From Candidatus Altimarinota bacterium (GTDB lineage: Bacteria; Patescibacteriota; Gracilibacteria; BD1-5; UBA2023): 64,000 bases of DNA. The notes under the pieces are model-generated. The model made no database searches, was not told where the DNA came from, and saw nothing but the letters and a program-made list of their open reading frames with translations. The position numbers were made by a program, and so were the translations under genes. Shown piece after piece: positions 14,731 to 25,817 of the stretch (within the stretch, counting starts at the first letter, position 1; each line of letters starts with the position of its first letter). Where the stretch lies: assembly GCA_031386685.1 (NCBI GenBank), contig JANNCQ010000085.1:8241-72240 (forward strand), written 5' to 3'.

Positions 14731-15993
14731 TTATGAGTTCTCCTTAGCAGCAGCATATACTTCTTCGAGTGAAGTGCGACCATTAAGTGCCTTTATGATA
14801 CCATCCTGTTCAAGAGATATCATGCCATCTGTGATTGCTGCCTCATTAATGATGGTGGCACTGGCTCAATCAATGATGAGTTTTTTTACACTCGTGGTAA
14901 TTTCGAGAATTTCATAAATACCGACTCGACCTTTATATCCTATGTTATCGCATTCTGTACAACCGACAGATTCGTAGAAGATAGGATTTCAGAGTATCTC
15001 AGTTGGTATGCGAGAGAGAAGCTCTTCTTTAGCAGTTCGTTTTAGTGCTTTTTCTACACGTCACTTAAGGTGAGGATCAAGACTATTCATTGGTATAGCT
15101 TTCTTGCAGTGTTGGCACAGCTTACGTATAAGACGCTGTGCGATGATGGCATTAATCGAAGCAGGCAAGAGAAATGCTGGGATTCCCATATTGAGTATTC
15201 GAGTGAGTGTTTCAGCAGCAGAATTCGTATGGATGGTTGATACCACGAGGTGACCCGTAAGAGCAGCTTCAATTGCGACATTAATAGTTTCATGATCTCG
15301 GATTTCTCATACCATGATGATATCAGGATCTTGACGAAGAGCAGTACGAAGACCAAAAGCAAAGTTATATCAGATATCTGGAAACATCTGTGATTGATTG
15401 AGTCAGTCGATCTGACTTTCTACTGGATCCTCTAGGGTCATTATATTCACATCAGGCTTATTGAGATTCGAAAGACAAGAGTAGAGCGTAGTAGACTTAC
15501 CTGAACCTGTTGGTCAAGATGTCATAATAATTCCATTTGGGAGAGCAATAGCTTTTTCGAGAAGATCTTTATTATGTCATTCTATACCGAGCTCAAAAAG
15601 GTTCGGAATTTTTTTACTTTTATCAACGATACGCATCACTATCTTTTCTCAACGAACAGTTGGAAGAGTTGAGACACGAAGGTCGAGTGCTTTATTATTT
15701 ATTATTGTAGAGAGACGACCATCTTGGGGGACTCGAGCCTCATCAATTTTGAGGTTCGACATAATCTTAAATCGTGCTACGACTTGCTGATGGAGAAATG
15801 TTTGATATTCCAGTATTTCTCGTAATTCACCATCAATACGATAACGCAAACGTACAATATTCGCCAATGGTTCGATATGAATATCTGATGAACCCATTTC
15901 TACTGCTCCGATAATCATAAGATCACAGATTTGAGAAATATTTTCACCCTTATATATTTGTTCTTTGAGAAGTTCGATGGACGTATTGGGCAT
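14731..15993 (-). CDS. pilB: GspE/PilB-family type IV pilus / type II secretion ATPase (short form, no N-terminal domain)
   Basis: 421 codons. ...SDIHIEP...RLRYRIDG...; Walker [18 protein letters not shown] with the first Gly = TGA at 15514-15516; ...[23 protein letters not shown]... Stop TAA at 14731-14733. Confidence 0.9.
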
Positions 15994-16002
15994 AGATTGT
16001 AC

Positions 16003-17127
16003 TTATTTTTTTGTTTTTGGGAGTATTGATTCGAATTCTTTTTCTAGAGATTTTAATGTATTTACTGATTGAGAGAGCCCATAAATTTCATCATTTCATG
16101 AGAGGGCAATTTTTGCCATATTCGAAGAACGTTCATATTCACGATACTTTACTTGGAACAGTGAGAGTTTTTTGCTATAACTTGCACATAGTATAGAGTC
16201 ACTCCCACAGAGTTTTACATTTTCATTTATGTTTTCTAAGAGTTTTATTTGTCGGGCTTTTAAGTTTTCTTTGAGATAAGTGATATCATCTTTTGATACT
16301 CAACGAACATAGAATCTGAGAGTGGCTCTTCCAGTATTTTCTTTATTGGGATTATTTTTATCAAGTTTTTCTTGCAAAGAAAAACTTTCCATAGTTATAA
16401 GTGGATTACTGAGAACAGCAAGAGATTTATCATTGGCAGTCGTTGTTCCAGTATAAGAGAGAATATCAGGTTTTCCTGCTGTATTCACGTAATCAATAAA
16501 TTTAGCAATATTTCCATTTGTTCATTTAAAATCAAGACGAAAATCAAACATACCAAGGTTTTCGGGGATATTGCTTCCTTTTGTACCGAAAGTAATACCT
16601 TGCATTCCTATAATAACATTACTATCAAAATTAAATCTTTTGAGTATAGAGCTTTCAATAAATCGAACATACTGCCTGAGTGTAATACTATCTTCTTCTA
16701 TATTATTCGAAAGAGGGCTCATTGTAGGGATAATGCTATTGAGTTTTGCCTTTTCAAGTTTGAGAATTTCTTTTTCTTTCTCGCTACTTCCGATTTCTCA
16801 TTTAAGCCAATCGAGATAATTTTTTTCTATACCGATTGGTTTTTGAATAATTGCTTCAGCAGCTTTCGGATCGGATTGAATAACCTTAATGAGCTCAGCG
16901 CGTTCAGTTTTTCCTTGAAGAAGTTTTGCCACTTCAGCATATTCTATACCCTTTATGAGGGTAGTGTTATATGTATTAACTGAAGCCTGAGCATTAGTCC
17001 TGAGAAGACTCAAATCAGAAATCCCTGGCATGATGTATTGATATGAGAACACTCAGAGTACAGCTAGAGTAACGATTTGTCCTATCGCTGTATAGGTAAG
17101 ATGTTCTTTTTGTGAATTAGAAAGCAT
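16003..17127 (-). CDS. hypothetical bitopic membrane protein in the pilB/pilC operon (possible pilus-assembly component)
   Basis: Fragments 16300.., 16522.., 16798.. are in one frame. 375 codons, one N-terminal TM helix (LTYTAIGQIVTLAVLGVFSYQYI). Ends 10 nt before pilB. Confidence 0.65.
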
Positions 17128-17136
17128 AGAAAGAAA

Positions 17137-18030
17137 TTAGAATTTTTCAGAGTTACTAAATGGAACAAAGGTAGCTTCTATAGATATTACTGTACGACTT
17201 TCAAATCCATCGAGAGATCCTTGGTCTACCTTCTCCATAGAGAGAGAGGTAGGTGGGTTGAGAAGGATGAATTGACTCTTACTTGTATCTGCAAGATTTC
17301 CTACAAATCGAAGTGCCTCGATACGCGCTGATCCTAGCTTCCCATTTTCATCATCGTTTCCTGATGCTCCTCAATAAATAATACATTGAGTCGTAAGATT
17401 TCCATTTATTATACTTATACCATTACAGACTATATTATTATTTGTTACCGCTATGGACTTACTATTATTACGCACTGTTTCGAATTTTTCTATGATTTCA
17501 TCCATTTTTGTTTTATTTTCGTAGGTATTTATTGCAAATTTTCTCTCGGGAGAAGTAAGAAGAATATTTTTTGTAAGTTTTATAGGGATATACTCATTGA
17601 GACTATTAAGAATATTGGTTTCAATTTCCGAACGTTTCGTCGCAAAGGAAGTCTGGATGACTTGCATATTATCACAGCTATAGTCGCTTGTTATTCCAGT
17701 GATACCATAGTTAAGATATGGACAAAGGAACTTATAATTCTCTTTTATTGCTGTAGCACCACCTCATTTTTGTACATATACATGAAATGCTCATGCAATA
17801 ACACCAATAATAACTACAGGTAATATATATCAAAGAACAGTCGTAAAAACTTCAATCCCTGCTTTTTGGGCCTTTGGACCAATACTGATGTTTCCATCAC
17901 TTGTTTCCTGAAAAAAGTCATTATAGGTAGAGTCTCACCCTCATGATTCTCATTTTCCAGAAGAAATAAAAGAGGTAGTTTCAGTTGCTAGACTGTCTTT
18001 AGTAGCGATTTTTGAATCGTCTTTTGTCAT
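17137..18030 (-). CDS. hypothetical bitopic membrane protein in the pilB/pilC operon
   Basis: 298 codons, ATG 18030, TAA 17137-17139. One TM helix (VFTTVLGYILPVVIIGVIAGAFHVYV). 9 nt upstream of the next gene. Confidence 0.6.
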
Positions 18031-18136
18031 AAATAGAAAGTTATACTCCATGTAGCATATCCTATTTCTTTCTATGATGCAAATATGTGCTATATTTTTC
18101 CCTTGATGAGGAAAATATATCTTTTTTAATATTTTT

Positions 18137-20440
18137 TTAGAGAAGGTGTTCTTTCATCGATTGTCCCCAATTCATATTTTGGAGTCGCTCATCTGTGCAG
18201 AGAATCACGGTTTTTGGATTCGACCGATGGATCCTTCATATAAGTGTATTGAGTATATTTATAGCTATAGGAGAGCTATACTCTTCGAAATTATTCTTCA
18301 TTCCTATAGTACGAGCGAGGAAGTATGGATCTGTCGGAGGATCGAATGGCACTTTCGCAAGTATCACAATATCTACAAAATCCCAGATATCTCCTTCATC
18401 GATCCAAGTATCGATAATCCCGATAAGCAGAGATTTATCTTTCGCACCCTTAAAGAGTGAGAGCATTTTGCCCTTACCACCAGAAATCCCTTGGGCATAG
18501 ATATTTTTAATGCTATGTTTTCCCTTAAATTCATTTGCCAGCATGCGGGCATGCTTCATACTGGTTGTGAGTATGACGATTTTTTCTCAATCCAGAGATA
18601 GTTGTTTCTGGACGATGAGTATTTTTGGATGAGCTTGCCCTTGTATATCACCAAAGAGACCACATTCTCTCTCGAGAAAAGCTTTGCTTGCTGTGTTATT
18701 TATTCCATATCAGAGAAAAGTATTGCTCTTGCTCGACTGTGAAGATATGATTGCCTGTATACTCCTTCGTACGTCACGAGGGATGAAAGAGATTTTTGTA
18801 TCTTCAGGCATTATAGAGATGAGGATACTTATATTGGCATCTTCTATGAGTGATATTCGGGTAAGAATGTTGATATATTTCTTGAGTTTTTCCTGATTTT
18901 TTCGGTCCAGAGGATTCTGGATTTCTCTCTGTTCGAGTTGTTCTTTTGCTCATTTGAGCTTCTCGATAGCCAGTATGAGCCATGTATATCATCTATGCCA
19001 GAGATCTTTTTGTGATATGAGATAAGTCTCACCAAAATCCCCTGGAGGGAGTTCACTCTCTCATTTTGGCCTATCTGGCACAGATCGATAGATATCAGCA
19101 ATTATCGAAAATCCTGTAATGAGATCTTCTATAATATCACTCTCTTCAAGTGATTCAGAAAGAGAGAAGAGTTCTTTGAATGAAATATGATTGCTCATTT
19201 TCCTGCGAACGACATCCTCCATCCACATTACATCTCTGACGATGAGACTATGTTCTCATGGCATGAGAGATTCACTTTCGATATTTTCTAGAAAGAGATC
19301 AGCGATGAGGATATCTGCTTTTTCTGATTCTTGTCTCTGTCGATCGAAAAAATGATTCACCTCCGATATATCTGATCGAAATAATTCCATGAAAGATCGC
19401 TCATCACCATAGTATTTGAGCTCATCGAGGAGTCCTGTCTTTGTCTCGAGTACCCAGCTCGTAATCTTAATGATGAATATGGATTCCTTACGATTCCACG
19501 AATCTCGCTCTAGCCAGTGCGAAAGCATCTCGATAGAGCAAAAATTCCCTTGGTCTTTATGTATACTCGTAGTGTATCATTTTTTGCGGAGGCTATTTTC
19601 GAGGCTATTTGATTGTCTCTTATTCGGGGTGAGTATGAGTAAGGGTCGAGCTATGCTCAGGCTTGACTCTACCTGTCATATTTCTTCATCCATATCGCCA
19701 CTGAGACTGACGATCGTATAGGGATCAGAGCTCAGTTTCCTCATATATTTCAGATTGCTCGATGAAGACGCATCTCGACTAGAGGAAAATAGAAGCTCGA
19801 ATTTGCTGATATTTTCAGATTTTTCGGTGATAGAAAGAAGAGTCGAGATCATACCACTTTGATCTCTCACGCTCGCATGATGCCAGAGATTCAGGTGTAG
19901 TCATCAGAGAGCAGAAACCTCAGAGAGATATCGACAAAATAGTTCCAGAGAAAGTTTCGTATCATCGAGAGCCCTGTGCTCACTCTCCATTTCGATCTGA
20001 TACTTCTTCCCGAGAAATCCAAGATTGAGACTCTCAGCATCTTGCGAGAAAATCTCTGAGAGCTCGAAGGTATCGAGTGAGATATGATTCGAGAGATCGA
20101 TGCCGTGAGTGGCTAGCATAGCTATATCGAAGAGGACATTATGTCCGACGATAATACTATCACCGATGAATGCTTTCACTTTTTCTCGTACTTCTTCCCA
20201 CTTCTGCCTTCATATGAGCATAGCATCACTGATTCCTGTGATCATAGCGATATTCTCTTCGAGCTTCCTTCCAGGATTGATGAGCATAGTTCGCTCTTCT
20301 TGCTCTATCGCTCTGAAGGCCTGATCCTCTCGTTCTAGACGGAAACGTACTGCAGCTACTTCGATGATCGTATCCTTATGTGGATCGAGTCCAGTCGTCT
20401 CGAGATCGAGTGCGACGAATGTATAGTCATGAAGGCTCAT
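18137..20440 (-). CDS. dinG: DinG-family helicase with N-terminal DnaQ-like 3'-5' exonuclease domain
   Basis: N-terminus FVALDLETTGLDP...GHNVLFDIAML...HRALDDT (exonuclease motifs). C-terminus ...LLIGIIDTWIDEGDIWDF...VILAKVPFDPPTDP...GRIHRS. 768 codons; four track fragments are in frame. Confidence 0.85.
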
Positions 20441-20522
20441 GACATCACTCTATGAAAAATATGGAAAAAGTCGAAGAGAAGAAAAAAGGAGTGTTGACAG
20501 ATGATTTTTTTATCAAATAAAA

Positions 20523-20550
20523 TTGACTTTCTTTCTCTCTCTCTTAAAAT
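20523..20550 (+). promoter_or_regulatory. sigma70-like promoter
   Basis: TTGACT (20523-20528), 16-nt spacer, TAAAAT (20545-20550). The ATG lies 9 nt downstream. Confidence 0.5.
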
Positions 20551-20559
20551 CTAAACATT

Positions 20560-21120
20560 ATGAATAATATTACACTTACTCGAGCATTCGGTACTGATGG
20601 GTTTTGTCCATCAACCGAACCTATACCAGAGATAAATTATCGGAGATCTTCAGTATTATGTTGACCAAATACTGGTCAGATAAGAGAATATCCGGATGAT
20701 CCATTGTATGGCGTTATTACGTCAGCAAGATATAAATTCTCTTCTTTAAGTATACCTTCTCAAAATTGATGAGATCTTCCGCCTCTATTGTTGCAATCTC
20801 TCAAAGATGCCCTCTGAGAATGTTGGTTTAAAGTTCTTATAAATAGGAAAGCTTACTGACTTAAACAACTTTCATTTTCTGCACAGTTGGATATGAGTTT
20901 TTCTCCTGATGTGCAAACTCTCATACCTGTGGTTTGAAAATCGGTAAAGGATATCTTCTTAGAAGATCGATGATATAATTCTGCAGATATTTCTACTAAA
21001 GTATTTACAGGAAAAGAATCTCCAAAGATACGAGTTATATCAGATTTTGATCCGAGTAAAACTCGAAGAAGAGGAAGGACAATAAATTGAGCTTTTGTTC
21101 CAGAGCCACCAAGATATTAA
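20560..21120 (+). CDS. hypothetical protein (TGA-dense, absent from the supplied ORF track)
   Basis: 187 codons with eight in-frame TGA and no TAA/TAG, while the other two frames carry many stops. Has its own promoter. Confidence 0.6.
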
Positions 21121-21254
21121 TGTTTGACTGAGTTCTATGATTCCTGGATTGCTTCGTTCCTCGCAATGACCAAAAAATAGATATACCGATTTATTCAATG
21201 GATACAAAATAAAAGCAGCTACCTTTCTGATAACTGCTTTCTGATAATTCTTAC

Positions 21255-22511
21255 CTAATTCTTCGGCATTTTATTGCGGAGGAATGCCGGTACATCATAG
21301 TCATTCTCAGGAGGAGTCGATGGCTGTGGCATGCTTGTCTGTCCTCCACTCCGACTCTGAGAGAATCATCCTGCTTGATGTTGAGGAGCACTCTTCTGGA
21401 AGATGCTACTTGATCCAAATCCTCCACGAGACATAGATCCGAGGTGAGCATTGGTCTCTTCAGAGAATCCAGTCGCGATCACCGTGACTTTGATTTCACC
21501 CGTATACTTCTCGTCGATAGACGTACCGAAGATGATATTTGCATTTGGGTCGCACGACTCAGTGATCATACGAGCTGCTTCATCGATCTCGAACATTGAG
21601 AGATCTGTGCCTCCCGTGATCGAGAGGAGGAGTCCTTTTGCTCCATCGATCGAGAGTTCGAGGAGGGGAGACTCTATCGCACCACGAGCCGCTTCGATCG
21701 CACGGTTCTCACCACTTCAATATCCAATACCCATGAGGGCAGATCCAGCATTCTCCATGATCGATCTCACATCCGCGAAGTCCACATTGATGAGTCCTGG
21801 GTGGGTGATGAGGTCAGATACGCCTTGTACACCTTGCTTGAGAATCTCATCTGCTACATGGAATGCTTCAAGGAGTGGAGTCTTCTTATCGATGATCGAG
21901 AGGATCTTATCGTTCGGGATGGTGATGAGGGTATCGACTTTTTCTCTGAGCTTCTCGAATCCTTCGAAAGCCTGACTACTACGACGCTGCCCTTCGAATG
22001 CGAAAGGTTTCGTCACGACTCATACGACGAGCGCACCGAGTGACTTCGCGATCTCAGCGATCACTGGAGCGGCTCCTGTACCAGTACCACCTCCGAGTCC
22101 ACACGTGATGAAGACCATGTCTGCACCCGTGAGGACTTGCTTGATCTCTTCGCTTGACTCTTCTGCTGCCTTTTTGCCTGTCTCAGGATTTGCTCACGCA
22201 CCCAGACCACGAGTCGTCGCACGTCCGATATTGATACGAGTAGGAGCCTTCGATGTGAAGAGTGCCTGTGCATCAGTGTTGATCGCGATGAACTCTATCC
22301 CTTCTATACCTGATTCGATCATACGATTGACGGCATTATTTCCGCCACCTCATACACCGACGACTTTGATATTCGCGATAGGCGATATATATCCGTTTAC
22401 ATTCACTTCTACATGACTCTGTGGAGTCATAGAGGGTTGGGGAGCAGAGCTCGGCATATTCGTGCGGAGAAGTTTTTTGAGTCGATCTTCACTTGGATTG
22501 GTACTAGACAT
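21255..22511 (-). CDS. ftsZ: cell division GTPase FtsZ
   Basis: ...[17 protein letters not shown] (one Gly = TGA at 22350-22352)...[15 protein letters not shown]...[10 protein letters not shown]...; C-terminal [11 protein letters not shown]. Stop TAG at 21255-21257. Confidence 0.95.
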
Positions 22512-22550
22512 AGGGAAATGGTTAGGGAATTATAGAAAATGATACGTTTT

Positions 22551-23789
22551 CTAGGGGATGAATTTTTTGAACAGTGCTTTGAGAGAAGAGAGGCTTTTTC
22601 CAGGGGAGAAACTAAACTTAAATGGTTTTTTCGCAGTACCATACTTTTGAGCGAGCAGGAGTGTCCCTACTACGGTCGTATATATAGGATCAGCGATAGA
22701 TGTACCACTGATACCATCGACTTGCTCGGGTACTCAGATACTTGCGGGAAGTCTGAGGTAATCTCGAGCAAGATCTGCGAGTCATCGCATCTTCGCACCT
22801 CCTCATGTGAGGATAGCTCACTCAGGAAGCATACCATCTCGACCGACACTTTTGAGTTCCATAGTGATATGATGAAATATTTCTTCATATCGTGCACGGA
22901 TTATATCATTCATGAATTTTCTCGATATTGCGATCGTATCTATTCCTGAGAGTTTGGCGAGATCGATCTCTTCATCATAGTCATTGGCCATGCCATCACC
23001 GAAGTTCAGGTCTCCATATTCGAGCTTGAGTCTCTCTGCAGTATCTATGGAAATTCGAAGACCGAGAGCGAGATCACTCGTCACATGTTCTCCGCCGATA
23101 GGGATGACTGCTGCGTAGATGAGAGCTCCTTCTTCATAGACAGCCACATTGGTCGCACTCGATCCTATATCTACTGCTACGACACCGAGCTCACGCTGAC
23201 GACGAGAGAGCATAGCTTCTCCTGCTGCGAGAATATTTGGATAGGTATCCATGATCTCTACACCGACATCGTGGACTCATTTCTGGATATTGGAGAGGGT
23301 ATTGGCACTGATAGATATGATGTGACTGCGTACTTCAAGCTTCTTTCCACTCATGCCGACGGGATTCTTGATACCACTTTCGAGATCGAGAGAGAAACTC
23401 TCGGGTATTACTTTCAGTATCGTACGATTCATGAGATCGACTCCATTTTGGCTAATGTCGAGTGCGCGATTCACATCGTCTTCAGAGACATCGAGTCCTG
23501 CTACAGCGACGATACCAGATTTGCGAGTAATATCGATATGGATCCCAGACACTCCGAGACAGATATGCGAAGCCTGCTCTCCGGTCATACGCTCAGCATC
23601 ACCTAGAGCGATATCGAGGTCTGCCTTGAATTGCTCCATATCGAGTATATTCCCTTTTCGGATACCACGAGACTCTGACACTCAGATTCCGAGGACTCTG
23701 AGTTTTTTCTCATCAGTCCACTCTCCGATGACGGCTTTTATCTTTGAGCTGCCTATATCTATGGCTACGAGCTGTTCTCCAGATACCAT
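22551..23789 (-). CDS. ftsA: cell division protein FtsA
   Basis: MVSGEQLVAIDIGSSKIKAVIGE...VVAVDIGSSATNVAVY...AILTGGGAKMRGLADLA... 413 codons. Stop TAG at 22551-22553. Confidence 0.9.
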
Positions 23790-24422
23790 ATATTGTGGAA
23801 AAAATTAAGTGTATAAAATTTTTACTCGAGGAAAATCTTTTCCTGAAGCGAATATGTCTATTTGTATATGAATTTGTTAGACACATTATATGTTCGCACT
23901 CTATTTTTACAACGAGATTATTTCCTTCTACGTATACACATTTTGTACTCAGGGCTTCTCTGTAAAAATCATTTTCTCGATGCAGTAAGCTAGAAAGTAA
24001 TGTGTAAAACTCAATACCGCATTATAGACTGAGGAGATTGCCGAGGTAGTCTAGAGAAATAGTAGATGAAGAGTTTCCGTCATTTGCGAGATAGATCCAC
24101 GCATTTTCCCGGGTTAGAGCCGTCCTTCAATATACGGTAACTCGGGTACATTAGGATCAAAAACTATAAAAATCTGTTCTACTAATTACTGAGCTAGGTC
24201 TCTCTTGTATCATGAGGAGAAGGAGCTCCTAGTCTTGTATATTCTCCTAATATTGATCATCATAATCGAGATGTATCTACTCCAATTCAGGTTACTGCCA
24301 GAGAAAAACTTCATTGTACTGTAGTTCTCAAACCCTCTGCATCACTTAGTCAGGTTACTTTTTTATGGAAATTAAGTAGCTTCTGCATAAGCTGGATAGT
24401 CCCAGATGCCCATTGAGGAAGG

Positions 24423-24668
24423 TTAACTCCATGACCTTACAGCAAAGGAATCTTCATGTGCCTGCATCTGACTTAGCATTTCTTCGATGCGTACTTGTAA
24501 CGACAAGTCTGAAAATCTACGGAGCGATCTTTGTAATATCTCTCATTTATCTTGGTCTAATCACTCGATTACTCAAAGTATCTCATCTTCAGTAAGGTAA
24601 TTGCGATTTTCTCCTTGTATCTGATCTCGACTAAGGTAACTGCGACTTTCTCCATCGGGTTTGTCCAT
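24423..24668 (-). CDS. possible small hypothetical protein (81 aa) containing a 13-aa tandem repeat
   Basis: ATG 24668, TAA 24423-24425. Hydrophilic, with GESRSYLSRDQIQ/GENRNYLTEDEIL encoded by a 39-nt direct repeat. An antisense standard ORF also exists (24413..24595). Confidence 0.3.
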
Positions 24669-24885
24669 AAAAAATGAAATCAGAAAATAAATATCAATAT
24701 ATCTTAATATTTTCGATGATTTTGTCAATTTAATTTATAAAAATCACTATTGTCAAATGACTCTAAAAAATTACTTTATAGAGACTATTTATTATCTGAT
24801 GTACGATATACAAACTTGGAGGATACATTTTAAAATAAAATTCTTCTTCACTACAATAGCCAAATAATCAGTATGTGAATTTTTT

Positions 24886-25224
24886 TTAATCGATAATGAA
24901 GTCTATATTACTCAGAAAATATTTAGCTGTTCGGAGCAGTATGAAATGGAATATGTGGATGAATAGCCTGAACAAGCTCCGCTTTGAGTCTATGATCTTT
25001 TTTTCCTTCGATTCTCCTATAAATTTCTCGAATTCTCATGGATGTTCTAAAACATATACAGTAGCTTCTCCTACAAGCCACTGAGTCCTTCGAAAGGTTT
25101 GTGTACCTTCACTCTCATCTCTTGCTTCTCACTCAGCACATATTTCTCATATGACTGACATTACCCAGCCATATTGATTATAGAAATTATTTTGTTCAGT
25201 GAGTGTATGAAATAGTTGAGCCAT
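24886..25224 (-). CDS. hypothetical protein (112 aa)
   Basis: 113 codons open under table 25. ATG 25224 lies 7 nt after a -10 box. The antisense ORF 24896..25084 has an implausible composition. Confidence 0.45.
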
Positions 25225-25231
25225 TGCTCAT

Positions 25232-25259
25232 ATATTAGCAATTAATATTTATTGTCAAT
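25232..25259 (-). promoter_or_regulatory. sigma70-like promoter for the 24886..25224 gene
   Basis: Minus strand: TTGACA (25259-25254), 16-nt spacer, TAATAT (25237-25232). The ATG is 7 nt downstream. Confidence 0.45.
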
Positions 25260-25319
25260 TTTTTTGATAATATAAATTATTTTATAAATGTTTCTCAACA
25301 TCATTCTAACTGTTGACTT

Positions 25320-25361
25320 GAAAAAAATCACTTTCTCTATACAGTACGACGAGAAAGTGAT
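25320..25361 (-). terminator. rho-independent terminator
   Basis: 11-bp stem atcactttctc/gagaaagtgat (25327-25337 / 25351-25361) followed by seven U on the minus strand, 9 nt after the stop at 25370. Confidence 0.75.
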
Positions 25362-25369
25362 GTAAAAAG

Positions 25370-25801
25370 TTATTTTGATCCATAGGACACTAGTTGATCA
25401 GTAAGAGAATTATTTCTTGCTATTTCCATGGAAACTCTTGCTACTCAAAGTTTCCTCCTTTGGTTTATAGCTGCTCGTGCGGATTCATCTCTTCGATTAT
25501 TGAGACATAATATAAATTTAGCAAGAAATCATTCATTAGGTCAAATTAATTCTATAATAGAACTTATATGATTCAGGTCTCATATTGCTAGATAGGGTTG
25601 AATACATTCCCAAAGTTCGTTCACTGCTTTTCTAACTACTGGCCCATTTGAACATCATCTAACTATATAATCCACTTCTCAACTTGTCAGAGATTTTAAA
25701 CCTCATGCGTTAGCCCAATTCAATAGATCAGCCGTTGCCGGTGCAGTAGGGGGGAAATTCAGACATAATTTAAAAGTTAAGTTATATTTAATAATATACA
25801 T
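25370..25801 (-). CDS. hypothetical protein (143 aa; TGA-dense, invisible in the standard-code track)
   Basis: Frame open from 25834 to 25373 with seven TGA. ATG at 25801, TAA at 25370-25372, followed by a strong terminator. The start is uncertain: it lies only 16 nt from the divergent miaB ATG. Confidence 0.5.
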
Positions 25802-25817
25802 AAATAATATTTGTCAA

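Noticed and set aside
24125-24200. tRNA-like string on the minus strand (gacctagctcagtaattagtagaac).
   Set aside because: Only the D-loop-like tagctcagt motif is present. No acceptor stem, anticodon stem or GTTCGAATC-type T-arm can be drawn.
24896-25084. 62-aa plus-strand ORF in the ftsA-miaB spacer.
   Set aside because: It has an implausible Ser/His/Cys-rich composition. The minus strand has a longer ORF with its own promoter. Confidence in either is low.
25370-25800. RNase P RNA, a riboswitch or another structured RNA ending at the 25320-25361 terminator.
   Set aside because: No CR-I/CR-V RNase P motifs (only a loose ggaggaaac) and no complete riboswitch core could be found. One frame is open for 154 codons under table 25, so a protein gene is the simpler explanation.
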